From: Octopus sinensis
Lineage: Eukaryota
Assembly: GCF_006345805.1 (NCBI RefSeq)
Contig: NC_042998.1
Location: forward strand, 164,920,001 to 164,984,000
Length of the DNA: 64,000 nucleotides
Direction of reading: 5' to 3'
Shown: positions 52,380 to 64,000 of the stretch, in pieces
Numbering within the stretch: position 1 is the first letter of the stretch
Layout: every line of letters begins with the position of its first letter
Position numbers and translations under genes: made by a program
Notes under the pieces: model-generated
Told to the model about the DNA's origin: nothing
Seen by the model: the letters and a program-made list of their open reading frames with translations, nothing else
Database searches by the model: none

Positions 52380-52575
52380 CAAAGTATTGTTTAGCTCTGG
52401 TTGAGCAAACCTATGATCAAAGATATTCCAAACGCGATCATCCTGCCTTTCGCCTAGTTACAGTTTACTCTAACCTACATTATCTAATGTATCCCCGCTT
52501 TTTCTTTAAAATGATAAAGAAATAAGGTTGCTATTTCGAGAAGGTTGGGCGACCATATACAGGGACCCCAGTGGG
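52380..52575 (-). repeat. Repeat family D copy
   Basis: gtttagctctggttgagcaaacctatgatcaaag...ggttgctatttcgagaagg...cgaccatatacagggacccc. Confidence 0.55.
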
Positions 52576-53908
52576 TTTGAACAGCCGAGATAGGTCCCTA
52601 ATGAATTTAGTCGGTTACATACTGATGATAAATTTTTTTATACGTTAATTTATCAGCCTATCAATGCATGGTGGAGATGTGTATCGTTATTTTTGAAAAT
52701 TTTTAAATCAATTGCTTTTTTTAAAGAAACAACTTTGAAAGTCAGAAAACCGTGTTTTTTTTTATTCCTACCTCTGATTTCCTTTCTTATTCAAATTCAT
52801 TCTTGTAATTTTTTAAACTCTCTTTTATTAAAAATTTAAATATATATATAATTTTACAAGATAAAACGGCACTATATCTCGAATTATCTTCTTAGATTTT
52901 TGTGTAAATCGTATTAGTTAATAATACAGGACACAGAGTCAAAATGGTTTCTAATGGACTTTTCTAGAAATATTTCTTTTGCGAACGTCACTGAATTTTA
53001 GGTTTTACAGTCGAGGCAAGCACTTCACTTTGCATAATAATGCTACGTGATTTTAATTTGATATGATTGAATCTAATGAATATGACTTGCACAAAATTAA
53101 GAGTAATCTTCTTCTAGTAGTTATTTCAATTCAGTTTGACATAAAAGATATTGAAGTCCCTCCTCTCTAAAAATCACAGTCAGCATACTTAAACAGAACA
53201 GGCAAGTAAAAAGCCAACTCCCGCGTAACATCACACATCGCTTAGCCTACCTCTGAGAGAGATAACAGCCTGGATCTAGAAGCGTATCTGCTTATTTTTT
53301 TTTATCGTTATAGGAATGTATTAAATTATGTTTATGTTTCATTGGCTAGACATTTAAATAACGTCTAGTATCAAATAGCACTATTTATCTGAATTTTCTT
53401 AAATTTTTGTAATAACTTTTATAAACAAAGACACGAAAGGATTTGTTTGAAGATTCAGTTTACATATTTAGATTATATTTTCGATAAAGAGTTGAATGCA
53501 TTAAAGAAATTTCTCAAGAAATATGAAACGAGAGGTAAGCCTCTTCAGTAAACTGATAACGTTTTATCAGATATTGGTTTATAATCGAGAGAACTCTGTG
53601 CATGATTAAAGGATCAAGCTCGAGATTAAAGTAATTTTCTCTATGGTAGAATCACTAAGAAAAGACAGATTATATCTTTGAGCTATGACGTCATAGCATA
53701 ACGTAAGATTAGAACGCAGTAAACGATTTGAATACAAATAAACAACCTTCGTATAAAATTGAATTTTATTTTGTAATACTGTGGAAACTAGCTCGAAAAA
53801 CAAAGGAACAATCCTTGTGTTTTGAGTTAATGAATTGATTTTCATTCTGTTTGAATTTTAGCTCACTTCATCCCATCAGAAACTATCCTTTATATATCAC
53901 CAGAATAC

Positions 53909-53960
<52 letters not shown>

Positions 53961-54099
53961 ATATATATATATATATTCATACACTATATCATGTGCTATA
54001 ATGCAAGACACGTTACTGAATAGATTAGGGCTCAATATTCTGTTCACGTTGAATTCCTAAATTCTTGTATTCCATACTTAATAATATATAAACTACATA

Positions 54100-54447
54100 T
54101 ATCTTTTATCTTTTATATATGTCAGTCATTAGACTGCGGCCATGCTGTAGCACTGCCTTGAAGAACTTTTAGACAAATGAATCCACCCCTGTACTTATAT
54201 TTTTAAGCTTGGTACTTATCTTGTCTCTTTTTAACGAACCGCTAAGTTTCGGGGTCGTAAATACACCTACACCGGTTTTCAAGCGGTGGTGGTGAACAAA
54301 TACACACAGGTACACATACATATATACTTTCAGTTTCCGTCTACTACATTCATTCACCAAGTCTATATAAGAAGATAATTCTCGGAGGTGCCATGCAGTG
54401 AGGCTGAACCTGGAACTATGTGGTTGGGAACCAAGCTTCCAACATAG
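54100..54447 (-). mobile_element. SINE-B, diverged
   Basis: cagtcattagactgcggccatgctg...gaaccgctaag...ttcagtttccgtctac...gtggttgggaaccaagcttc. Confidence 0.82.
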
Positions 54448-54646
54448 ATCTTCGTAGACAATTTCGTATGAAGAAATACTTTTGTATATAAAAAAAGATA
54501 AGATTTTTATGTAAAAAAAATCTGTAAATATTTTTTATGAGATCATTGAACGGTTGTAATGAAAGACGCGCTATATCAATGTGTTTTCTCTGATAACTTC
54601 AACTTTATCTGTATGTGTGTGTGCGTGTGTGTGTGTTTGTCTGTAT

Positions 54647-54704
<58 letters not shown>

Positions 54705-55309
54705 CTTCTATCTATAAATGCTCTAATATCTACTCAGCCTTGGCTTTTTATATCTTATTACACAAAAAATTCTTATATATATCTACACGCACATACTATT
54801 TGATTTATTTACTAGAGATGTTCGCAGATTCAGTTACTTATGACAGTAATTATCGACTGGAAGAAGGATACGGTGACCAAGTTTCTTCGGGCGTTAAGAT
54901 CCTAAATAATAATGTCTTCCCGTTGGCGGGTCGGTAGTAATAATCAGTCACTCACGGTTTCTAGCTCAGCCTCTCCCATTGGTCACAGACCCCAACAAGA
55001 AGCCATCTCTGCTGTCTCATTTAATCTGTCAGTATCTGTAATCCTCTCCCTTTCTGAAAGTGCCGGAAACTAAGTATGCTACACGTCGTGGGTCACGGGT
55101 TTTTACCTTTTTGAAGGTTGAAATTTTACATAGGAGCACATCTTTTCAAAAAAAAAATGATGCTAGCATTGTATTTCTTTCTTTTAGCTCTATATTTGAA
55201 TCAGCTTCTGAATTGCTTAAAAGCAATAATTCTCAGTAAGTCAATATTCCTGGACCAAATGGAGATTTTAAACTTTTTTAAAAAGTAAATAATCTGAAAT
55301 ATGCGTGTG

Positions 55310-55690
55310 TATGTATGTATGTATGTATGTATGTATGTATGTATGTATGTATGTATGTATGTATGTATGTATGGAAGTACTTATGTATGTATGTATGTAT
55401 GTATGTATGTATGTATGATTGTCCTCTTATCCCCAGACAGGATGGTTTGTTTTTTTTCCTTAATGCCATCTTAGCTTTGGAGAAGTCTTGACTCACGAGA
55501 TTATCGTCCCCTTATCGTACGGAACTGGTCTTAATTGCCTTTTTTTATTTGTGAAACACCCTTTAGAGGCGGAGATATATCTGTGTGGTAAGTAGCTTGC
55601 TTACCAACCACATGGTTCCTGGTTCAGTCCCACTACGTGGCATCTTGGGCAAGTATGTTCTATGTATGTATGTATGTATGTATGTATGTA
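55310..55690. repeat. (ATGT)n tracts with a SINE-B head fragment (55580-55655)
   Basis: Direct reading; a second SINE-B fragment lies at 56150-56285. Confidence 0.9.
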
Positions 55691-56289
55691 TGTATGTATG
55701 TATGTGTGCATGCGTACCTAGTAATATCCTTTCTGTTAATATTAAAGAATACTTAGGCAGTTACACTTCGTGACGGGTCGGGTGCCGGCGGGGCGGTAAA
55801 CTGTAAAAGAAGAAAGACGAGTGCTTCATATTGAAAGAGCATATGGACCATTAGAAGAAAATGTAAGAGGCCAAGTGCCTCATTTCAAGGACATGGTGTC
55901 ATTTGAGGTAAGAGGCTTAGTGCCTCATTGTAAGGGCCTTGAGTCCAAAAGAAATATTGGTAAGAGATTTTTTTCCCTCAAATTGTAAGTTCACAAATGA
56001 ACAATGTTTTAGAGAAGCAAAGATCGGCGGGCGTCTTTGGTCTTCTCTCATTAATACCATCCTTTTCATCATTCATCTAATCTCATTAATGTATTTATCC
56101 AGCCCGCAGCTTCTCCATCTGCGTACGGCCTTCATAGCCAATTTTATGAAATAAAGAAGCTTGCTTCCATATTGAGTGCCACTGTGCGGCACCTTGGTCA
56201 AGTTTCTTATACTATAGCCTCGGGCCGACCAAAGACTTGTAAGTGGATTTGGTTGACGGAAACTGAAAAAAGCCCGTCGTGTATATTAT

Positions 56290-56453
56290 ATGTAGGGAGA
56301 ATTCACAAAAAAGAAAGATGAAGACAGGTGGTGTAGACAACAAACAGATGTATTAGCTTAACGCTCGGGAAGTGAAAAAGGCTTTAACGTTTCGAGCCTA
56401 CGCTCTTCCACAGAAAGAAACAAGGAGAGAAAATAAAGAATGTGTAGTGGCTA

Positions 56454-56455
<2 letters not shown>
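56290..56455 (-). mobile_element. PLE 3'-end fragment with degenerate hammerhead-like motif
   Basis: Homologous to 9815-9945; reverse complement CUUUCUGUGGAAGAGCGUAGGCUCGAAACGUUAAAG. Confidence 0.78.
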
Positions 56456-56510
<55 letters not shown>

Positions 56511-56514
<4 letters not shown>

Positions 56515-56852
56515 GGGTAAAGACCCCCTTCGGTCATGAATGACCATGGATTGCACCTAGAAAGTTACCCTCCTAGACACAAGTCCGGGCAAGGTTGTTT
56601 ATGGAAGACCAGCAGTCGCTCATGCATACCAGCCTCCCCTCTCCACGCCACCAGTGTTATCCAAGGGAAAGACAAAGGTCGATACAGCTTGGCACCAGTG
56701 ACGTCGCAACTCATTTCTACAGCTGAGTGAACTGGAGCAACGTGAAATAAAGTGCCTTGCTCAAGAACACAACACGCAGCCCGGTCCGGGATTCGAGCTC
56801 ACAACCTCACGATCGTAAGCTCGACGCTCTAACCACTGAGCCATGCGCCTTC
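56511..56852 (-). mobile_element. SINE-C1 with tail Z, full length
   Basis: Head tgaaggcgcatggctcagtggttagagcg; same CORE-like part as 15516 but a different 3' half. Confidence 0.9.
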
Positions 56853-56917
<65 letters not shown>

Positions 56918-56929
56918 TGTGGGGGGTGT

Positions 56930-57125
56930 ATTTGTATCTGTGTTTGTCCCCTTCCCATCATCGCTTGACAATCGATGTTGGTGTGTTTACGTCCCCGTAA
57001 CTTAGTGGTTCGGCAAAAGAAACCAATAGAATAAGTACTAGACTTACAAAGAATATGTTCTGGGGTCAATTTGTTCGACTAGAGGCGGTGCTCCAACATG
57101 GCCGCAGTCAAATGACTGAAAGAAA
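56930..57125 (+). mobile_element. SINE-B 3' half
   Basis: tcgcttgacaatcgatgttggtgtgtttacgtccccgtaac...aggcggtgctccaacatggccgcagtcaaatgactgaa. Confidence 0.88.
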
Positions 57126-57694
57126 TGGAAAAAAAAACGTAAACAGAACTGCGACTACATCATCGTAAGTACACCCAAACGTAGAAAGTAACATCTACAC
57201 CCACTACATGAGTGCAAGTTTATTTGTATCCATTGACAAAAGCCTTGCTACTTTGTTACTCGTCGGTTGTTCTGTGAAGAGAAAGCTTCAATTTCGAAAA
57301 GAAGCTGACATACATGCATGCATATATATACACGTTCAAATTTATATATGTACGTATGTACATTACGTGTTTGGCACCGTAAAGGATTGTTAAAAATGTA
57401 TGATTAAAAATCTAGAAATATGCCAAATTCACAGCCTAAAATCGTAAGTGCTTTTTGTCTGTAAGAGAAGCACCTATTACTCAACTACTTATCGTTGTTA
57501 AGACGGAATTAAATAAAATATTTCTCGCCGTGTGGAATTTCAGTTTGAATATTATGTCAGATTGTGATAGCAACGCAACACTTATGGTCTTACCAAATCT
57601 GTGAGCTACGGGGGACGGCGTAAGTATTGCGATCACTTCATTTGGTTGTTTACATTATATATAACACGAAACAGAGATAAAACGTGCGGGCGCG

Positions 57695-57727
<33 letters not shown>

Positions 57728-59686
57728 CAGACAAAGAGCAGATGGAAGTTAGAGACACAGAATATATACAAAAAGAAGGAAAGGTTGTGACGAGCAGAGA
57801 CACGCAACTTTCGTGCCATCTTTTTTTAACACAGGTTCGCTTCTCAACAACAAGAAAAAATAATGGATAAAGCAAGAAAATATATTTTGTTTGATGGAAA
57901 GTGCTCTCACCCAATATCTCCAGACACTAATATCCTTAAAAGAAGACACTTAAAATCTTTTACTTTAGTTGGCTGACCTCGTTTTCCCTACTCTATTATT
58001 TTACACTTTCTTTTAACTCCTATCTATCGGCCTTTCTCCTCTTCTTTGTTTCGTTAATTTTTTCCCCTTGTGTTTTTCTTTCGTTCCGCATTTTTCTTTC
58101 TCGCTTTCCTTCTTCTATTCACTTTTATCTGAAACTATAGTCGCTTTTTGCGAGTAACGGAGAAAGTGGGAGAAAAAGAAAATCAGTGGGAGGTAGAGTG
58201 GGGATATTCAGATTTTTTTTTTATTCATTTCATCTCTTAAAATAAGGTTGAAATTTACCGGGACGAAAACAGCATTGCTTTTGTCCAAATTATTTCGGGA
58301 GAGACGACAATGCTGCGCGACAAAGGAAAGCAAGTCTCCCGTCTCTGGTTCATGAAACCAGAACTGTTCGACAGCAGTATCTTTTTTTCTTTTGTTGACC
58401 CAGAACTATTGCTATGCTGTAACATTCTCTCACCTTTCATAACTTGCTAGGCAAGCGATGAACAGGCACCATTCGATTTCATTATGTGATAAAAAAAAAA
58501 AAGCTAGCTCTTTAACAGAGCTGATTCAAGGTGACAAAACAGTTGGTTCTTTATGTATATCAAATGTTGACAGGTTCAGAAATGATTGACTTAGAGATAG
58601 AACATACTTTTTTTGAATTTTCATGTGTTAAGTGTAGATCTCCAAGAAACGAGGAAGACTGAAAAATATGACGAGGATAAAAGCTAGTTCTGAAGCACAT
58701 TATTTAAAAATAAATATTGTCAAAGTAGGTGGACTTGGAGTACTCAGAAAAGTCTTATATTCGGCCGTTCTTCATACATCATGATGAGGAAAGTAGAGTG
58801 GAAGAGAAGTATAAGAGGGACTTTCTCTTTTTTATATGAAATATAGCGATGGAAGCAAAACTACTCGAAATTCAGCGTCTTTTTATCTTCAAGGTAAAAA
58901 GTAAAATTATATGGTGTTTGGTGGGTAGGAAGATTTTTGCAGACATAGTACAAACCCCGTTACCAAGGGACTAGAAAACTTGTTTGCAACGCGGGAGGTG
59001 AGAGAGCTTATCAGATGTACAACGCACGAAGACACCCTTTGATTTCCTGATGGTAATAAAGCATGTTTTGCGATAGTAATAAGCATGTTATGTTACTTCA
59101 CTGTTAAAATTGTTAACTTATTTCCTTTCGGTATTGCTCGTTGTACCAGCAGCGGAGTATTTCACAGATAAGAACAGAAATCTAACATGTTGTATACTTG
59201 TGTCGTGAAGGGGCTTTGCAATATTATTGAGCTAAAATGTTTTGATTTTCTTGAAGAACTCGTGTTTTAAGAACACTAGTTTTGAGAAGCTCAGAGACAG
59301 GCAAGCAACGTTTTTGGTTATCAATTTCACTATTCCAGAAACATATCATGAAATTTCCACCTGATTCACGTGTGTATACGTTTCCAACTGCAACATACAC
59401 GTGTGAGCAAATTTTCTTCAAAGTGATGCGAATTACAACGAATTTTTTAATGGGGCATTAGAAGAAAATTGAAGGCTTCGTTTGCAGATTATGTATCAAG
59501 GGTTAAGTCGGTCCTGCCGACTCCGTCCATTTTTAGACGATTCACTACAAGTAGAAATTACACATATCCGACGAAAGCAATAGGAAATGGGTGGAATTGG
59601 AGTCGGACCCATATTGCAGTGTGGTTGGTTTCTTAGAGATTACAACTACCTTATGTAGTCTCACGTTAATAATTGATAAATAGCCT

Positions 59687-59725
<39 letters not shown>

Positions 59726-59777
59726 CACTACTGCTGCTGCTGCTGCTGCTACTACTACTACTACTACTACTACTACT

Positions 59778-60102
59778 GTGTGGAAGCACTCCGTCGGTTA
59801 CGACGATGAGGGTTCCGGTTGATCCGAATCAACGGAACAGCCTGCTCGTAAAATTAACCTGTAAGTGGCTGCGTACTCCACAGACACGTGCACCCTTAAC
59901 GTAGTTCTCGGGGATATTCAGCGTGACACAGAGAGTGACAAGGCCGGCCCCTTGAAATACAGGTACAATAGAAACAGGAAATAAGAGTGAGAGAAAGTTG
60001 TGGTGAAAGAGTACAGCAGGGATCACCACCATCCCCTGCCGGAGCCTCGTGGAGCTTTTAGGTGTTTTCGCTCAATAAACACTCACAACGCCCGGTCTGG
60101 GA
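59778..60102 (-). mobile_element. SINE-C2 body with tail Y, headless, inside (CTA)n
   Basis: Body matches 28851 and 48893 (ttattgagcgaaaacacctaaaagctccacgaggctccggcagggg); (CTA)n at 59688-59777 and 60103-60258. Confidence 0.85.
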
Positions 60103-60147
<45 letters not shown>

Positions 60148-60172
60148 ATACTACTACTACTACTACTACTAT

Positions 60173-60207
<35 letters not shown>

Positions 60208-60310
60208 TACTACTACTACTACTACTACTATACTACTACTACTACTACTACTACTACTAATAATAATAATAATAATAACAATACTACTACTAATAATAAT
60301 AATAAACATA

Positions 60311-60521
60311 ATGATTTCAAATTTTGGCACAAGGGCAGCAATATCGGAGCAGGTGGGTTATTCGAATATATTGGCCCCAGTGTTCAGCTGGTACTTATTT
60401 TATCGACCCCGAAGGGATGAAAAGCAAAGTCAACCTCGGTGGAATTTGAACTCGGACCGTAAAAAAACCCGAAATGTAGCTAAGCATTTTGCCCGGCGTG
60501 CTAACGATTCTGCCTGCTCAC

Positions 60522-60577
<56 letters not shown>

Positions 60578-61856
60578 TCCTTTTTACTAAAGGCACAAGG
60601 CCTGAAATTTTGTGGGAGGTACTAGTCAATTACATCAACCCCGGTGTTTCACTAGTACTTAATTTATCGATCCCGAAAGGATAAAAGGCAAAGTCGGCCT
60701 CGGCGGATTTTAAAGAACTCAGAACGTAAGGACGAATGAAATGCCGCTAAGCATTTTGTCCGGCGTGATAACGATTCTGCCAGCTTGCAATGATAATAAA
60801 AATCCTTTCTACTAAGACACAAAGGCGTGAAATGTTAGGGGAAGAGAAAAAGTCGTTTACATCTACTCCAGTACTTGACTGGTACTTATTTTATCGACCC
60901 TAAAAATCGACTTCAGCCGAATTTGAGTGTAGAACTTAAATGGTTTCAAAATTTGGTATAAGGTCAGTAGTTCTGAGGCGTAAGGGGAGAGGTTAGCCGA
61001 TTACATCGACCCTGGTTCTCAACTGGTAGTTATCTTATTGAACCCAAAAGGATCATAGCAAAGTCAACGTCGGCAGGATTTCAATTCAGAAAGTAAAAGA
61101 GCCAAAAGAAATTATACTGAGCTCCTTTATTTTTGCCTGACGCGCAAACGATGTTACCAGCTTGCCACCTTAACAGAAGAAAATGATATTTTGTCATTTT
61201 AGCACAAGACCTTATATTGTGAGTGCGGATGGGCGGTTGCAATAAATGGAAAGGACGGCAATATATGACTGGATGGGGGAAATGGTAAATTTTGATCGAT
61301 TTGGTACTCAAAACAGGAACTTAAATTGACTTGATCTACGTGTAACACTTAGTGTGGCGGCGCTACCATACCTGTCATCAAATGCACTACTTATGTACGC
61401 ATTATTATCAATTGTGTAAGGCGGCGAGCTGGCAGATCGTTAGCACGTAATGGAATTTCGTCCGTCGCTACGTTCTGAGTTTAAATTCCGCCGAAGTCGA
61501 CTTCGCATGTCATCCTTTCGGGTCGATAAATCGATAAATTAAGTACCAGTGAAACACTGGAGTCGGTATAATCGACTAGTCCCCATCCCACAAATTTGAA
61601 GCCTTGTGCCTCTTGTAGAAAGGATTATTATTATTAAAAAAAGTTTATTATTAATATTATTATTATTATTGGAAAGGCGGTGACCTGGCAGAATCACTGG
61701 CATGTCGGCAAATGCATGGTAGAATTTCGCTCGTTGTAACGTAAGAGTTCAAATTCCGCTGAAGCTGACTTTGCCTATAATCTTTTCGGGTTCAATAAAT
61801 TAAGTACCACAAAATTTCCCCACAAAATTTCAGGCCTTGTACCTATAGCAGAAAGG

Positions 61857-61910
<54 letters not shown>

Positions 61911-62355
61911 GATGTTGTTGCTGTTGTTGTTATTGCTATTGGAAAGGCGGTGAGCTGGCAGAATCGTTAGCACGCTGGATGAAATGCTTGCGGTATTTCG
62001 CCCGCCGCTACCTTCTGAGTTCAAATTCCGCCGAGATCGACTTTGTCTTTCATCCTTCCGGGATCGATAAAATTAAGTATCAGTGAAACACTGGTATCGA
62101 TGTAATCGACTTGTCACCTCCCCGCAAATTCCAGGCCTTGTGCCTATAGTAGAAAGCATTATTATCGATTGTGTATGGCGGTGAAGCTGGCCGAATTCGT
62201 AACGGCATTTCGTCGGTCGTTACGTTCCGATTTCAAATCCCACCGAGGTCAACTTTTCCTAACATTCTTTCGAGGTCGATGAAGTAAGTACCAGTTAATC
62301 TCCTGCAACTCTCCTAAAATTTCAGGCCTTGTGCTTATGTAAGAAAGGATTATTA
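60311..62355. mobile_element. Array of eight SINE-A copies (4 minus, then 4 plus)
   Basis: Minus: 60311-60521, 60576-60789, 60802-60935, 60940-61171. Plus: 61418-61635, 61674-61860, 61943-62165, 62176-62355. Confidence 0.9.
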
Positions 62356-62787
62356 TCAATTATGTACGCTGGTAATTTTAATTAATGTGTCAATATTTCA
62401 TCTCTAAATTCTAATTGTAACCAATGTCTTTCCGTGTGCACGCATACTCGCAGCCACTTGATATCTTGGGATTACATGAGGTTTGGAAGTCATGCTCTTG
62501 ACTATAAAATGACTGACATAAAAAAGATAAAATCGTAGTTAACGGAAAGCTGTCGCATGATGTCAAGTATTTTTCTCCTCTTGATAAAAAACAGTTTTGA
62601 CGCAAAAAAAAAAATTCAATCCGTTGTTGAAATCATAATGAGAATAATAATTTTAGAAGGTTTGGTATAATGGAACTCATAAAAATATACCCCATTCTTT
62701 AAGGACATAAAAAAAATAAACAACACACTCTAATAAAATATACTTAAGGAAAAATGTTTTTAAATGGCACGCTATTATGAGACAATG

Positions 62788-63192
62788 TACCATACCGAAC
62801 CTAATATCCGGAAAATTTGGGACCGGAAGTGTCACAGATTATGGATTATCCGGCTTTCTAGAAAGTGCCTAAATATTTATTTAAAATATAAAATAAACTG
62901 TGTAGGGTAAAGAGCTAAATTATATTGAACAGAGATTCAAATGAATACACGTGAAACGCTGGGTCTGACAGATATTAATTAATCCACTTAAAATTATTAA
63001 GATACATCATATCGTACCGTATATACATTATAATATTTAAAGGATGAAAATTAAATGAAGTAAAGAACATGATTTTATTTTACCGATACATGTGCAAATT
63101 GTCAATACAGGTAAAAGAATATTACACGGTATTGCCGGTATTCTACAGAATTTTCGGATTTCTGGAAGTCGGATAAGAGATCTAGTAGCGTA
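62788..63192. mobile_element. Probable pogo/Tigger-like non-autonomous element
   Basis: Left end tatccggaaaatttgggaccggaagtgtc...gattatccgg and right end ttcggatttctggaagtcggataag resemble Tigger4/Zombi-type termini (from memory); degenerate. Confidence 0.45.
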
Positions 63193-64000
63193 TTTAGGTA
63201 TCGCAAGACAGGTTATGTGGTAATGGAAAACAGCTTAAAGCTTTAGGTAAACAGACCGATTTGCAGGTTGAAATCCATAGGTTTCGATTAATAACAGGAA
63301 TACAGAATAAATATTTGAATATAGTGATTGATGTTTGATTGGTTAAAATCGTCATCTGACAACAGCCATATGCCACCATTTTAGAGGGAGAGAGAGAGAG
63401 AGAGGGGGAGAGAGGGAGAGAGAAACAAGGAGAAAGAAAAGAGGGAGAGAGAAAGAAAGGAGAGAGAAAGAGGACAGAGAAAGAGACGGAGATTGAAAGA
63501 GAGGGAGAGAGCTATTTATATTATTGTTTTCACTTTTTGTATTGATACTCTATTTCCTTTTTGGCTTCGCCCTTTAGTTCACGATATGTATATTTGTGTG
63601 TGTATATATAGATAGATCCATCCATACATGCATGCATGTATACCTAGATGCACAGAGACGCACATACATATGTACACATATATATATTTATATACATACA
63701 CAATACACAATACACACACGTACGTACATGTATGCATATATGAATACACAAACATTAGAACAAAGATTTACTCCATCAATCATGTAATCACAGAAACTCT
63801 AAAGCTTTCATACAAAGGACACTCGCAGCAGTATAATAGATAACATACAGAATTGCATACGCAGTACATAATGTGATTTTTACACAAACACACACACACA
63901 CGCACACACATATATATCTATGCATGCTTATATATATATATAGTCATTCGCTTTTCTCGTAGTCAGAATTAGCTACGGACACAATCACAAATGTCACAGA

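Noticed and set aside
55860-55940. 30-bp imperfect direct repeat gtaagaggc..gtgcctcatt
   Set aside because: Two copies only; no array or CRISPR-like spacer structure.

Overview
AT-rich, microsatellite-dense eukaryotic DNA, most likely from an octopus (inferred from SINE families I recognise from memory, not from a search). No complete host gene can be supported. Nearly all listed ORFs are microsatellite read-throughs or decayed transposon frames. The window holds many tRNA-headed SINE copies from three groups, called A, B and C here. It also holds a near full-length decayed L1/Tx1-type LINE (43429-48243), a 5'-truncated R4/Dong-type LINE embedded in (TAA)n (17289-18697), two Penelope-like element (PLE) remnants, hammerhead-ribozyme motifs, a hAT transposase end, three long fold-back elements, a 0.96-kb tandem duplication and an 8-copy divergent SINE array. 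The best lead is the Tx1-like LINE: it ends in the same non-polyA 3' tail as SINE-A, and it sits inside SINE-A with an 11-bp duplication of a SINE-internal site (GGTATTTCGTC). This suggests a LINE-SINE pair that targets the SINE itself.
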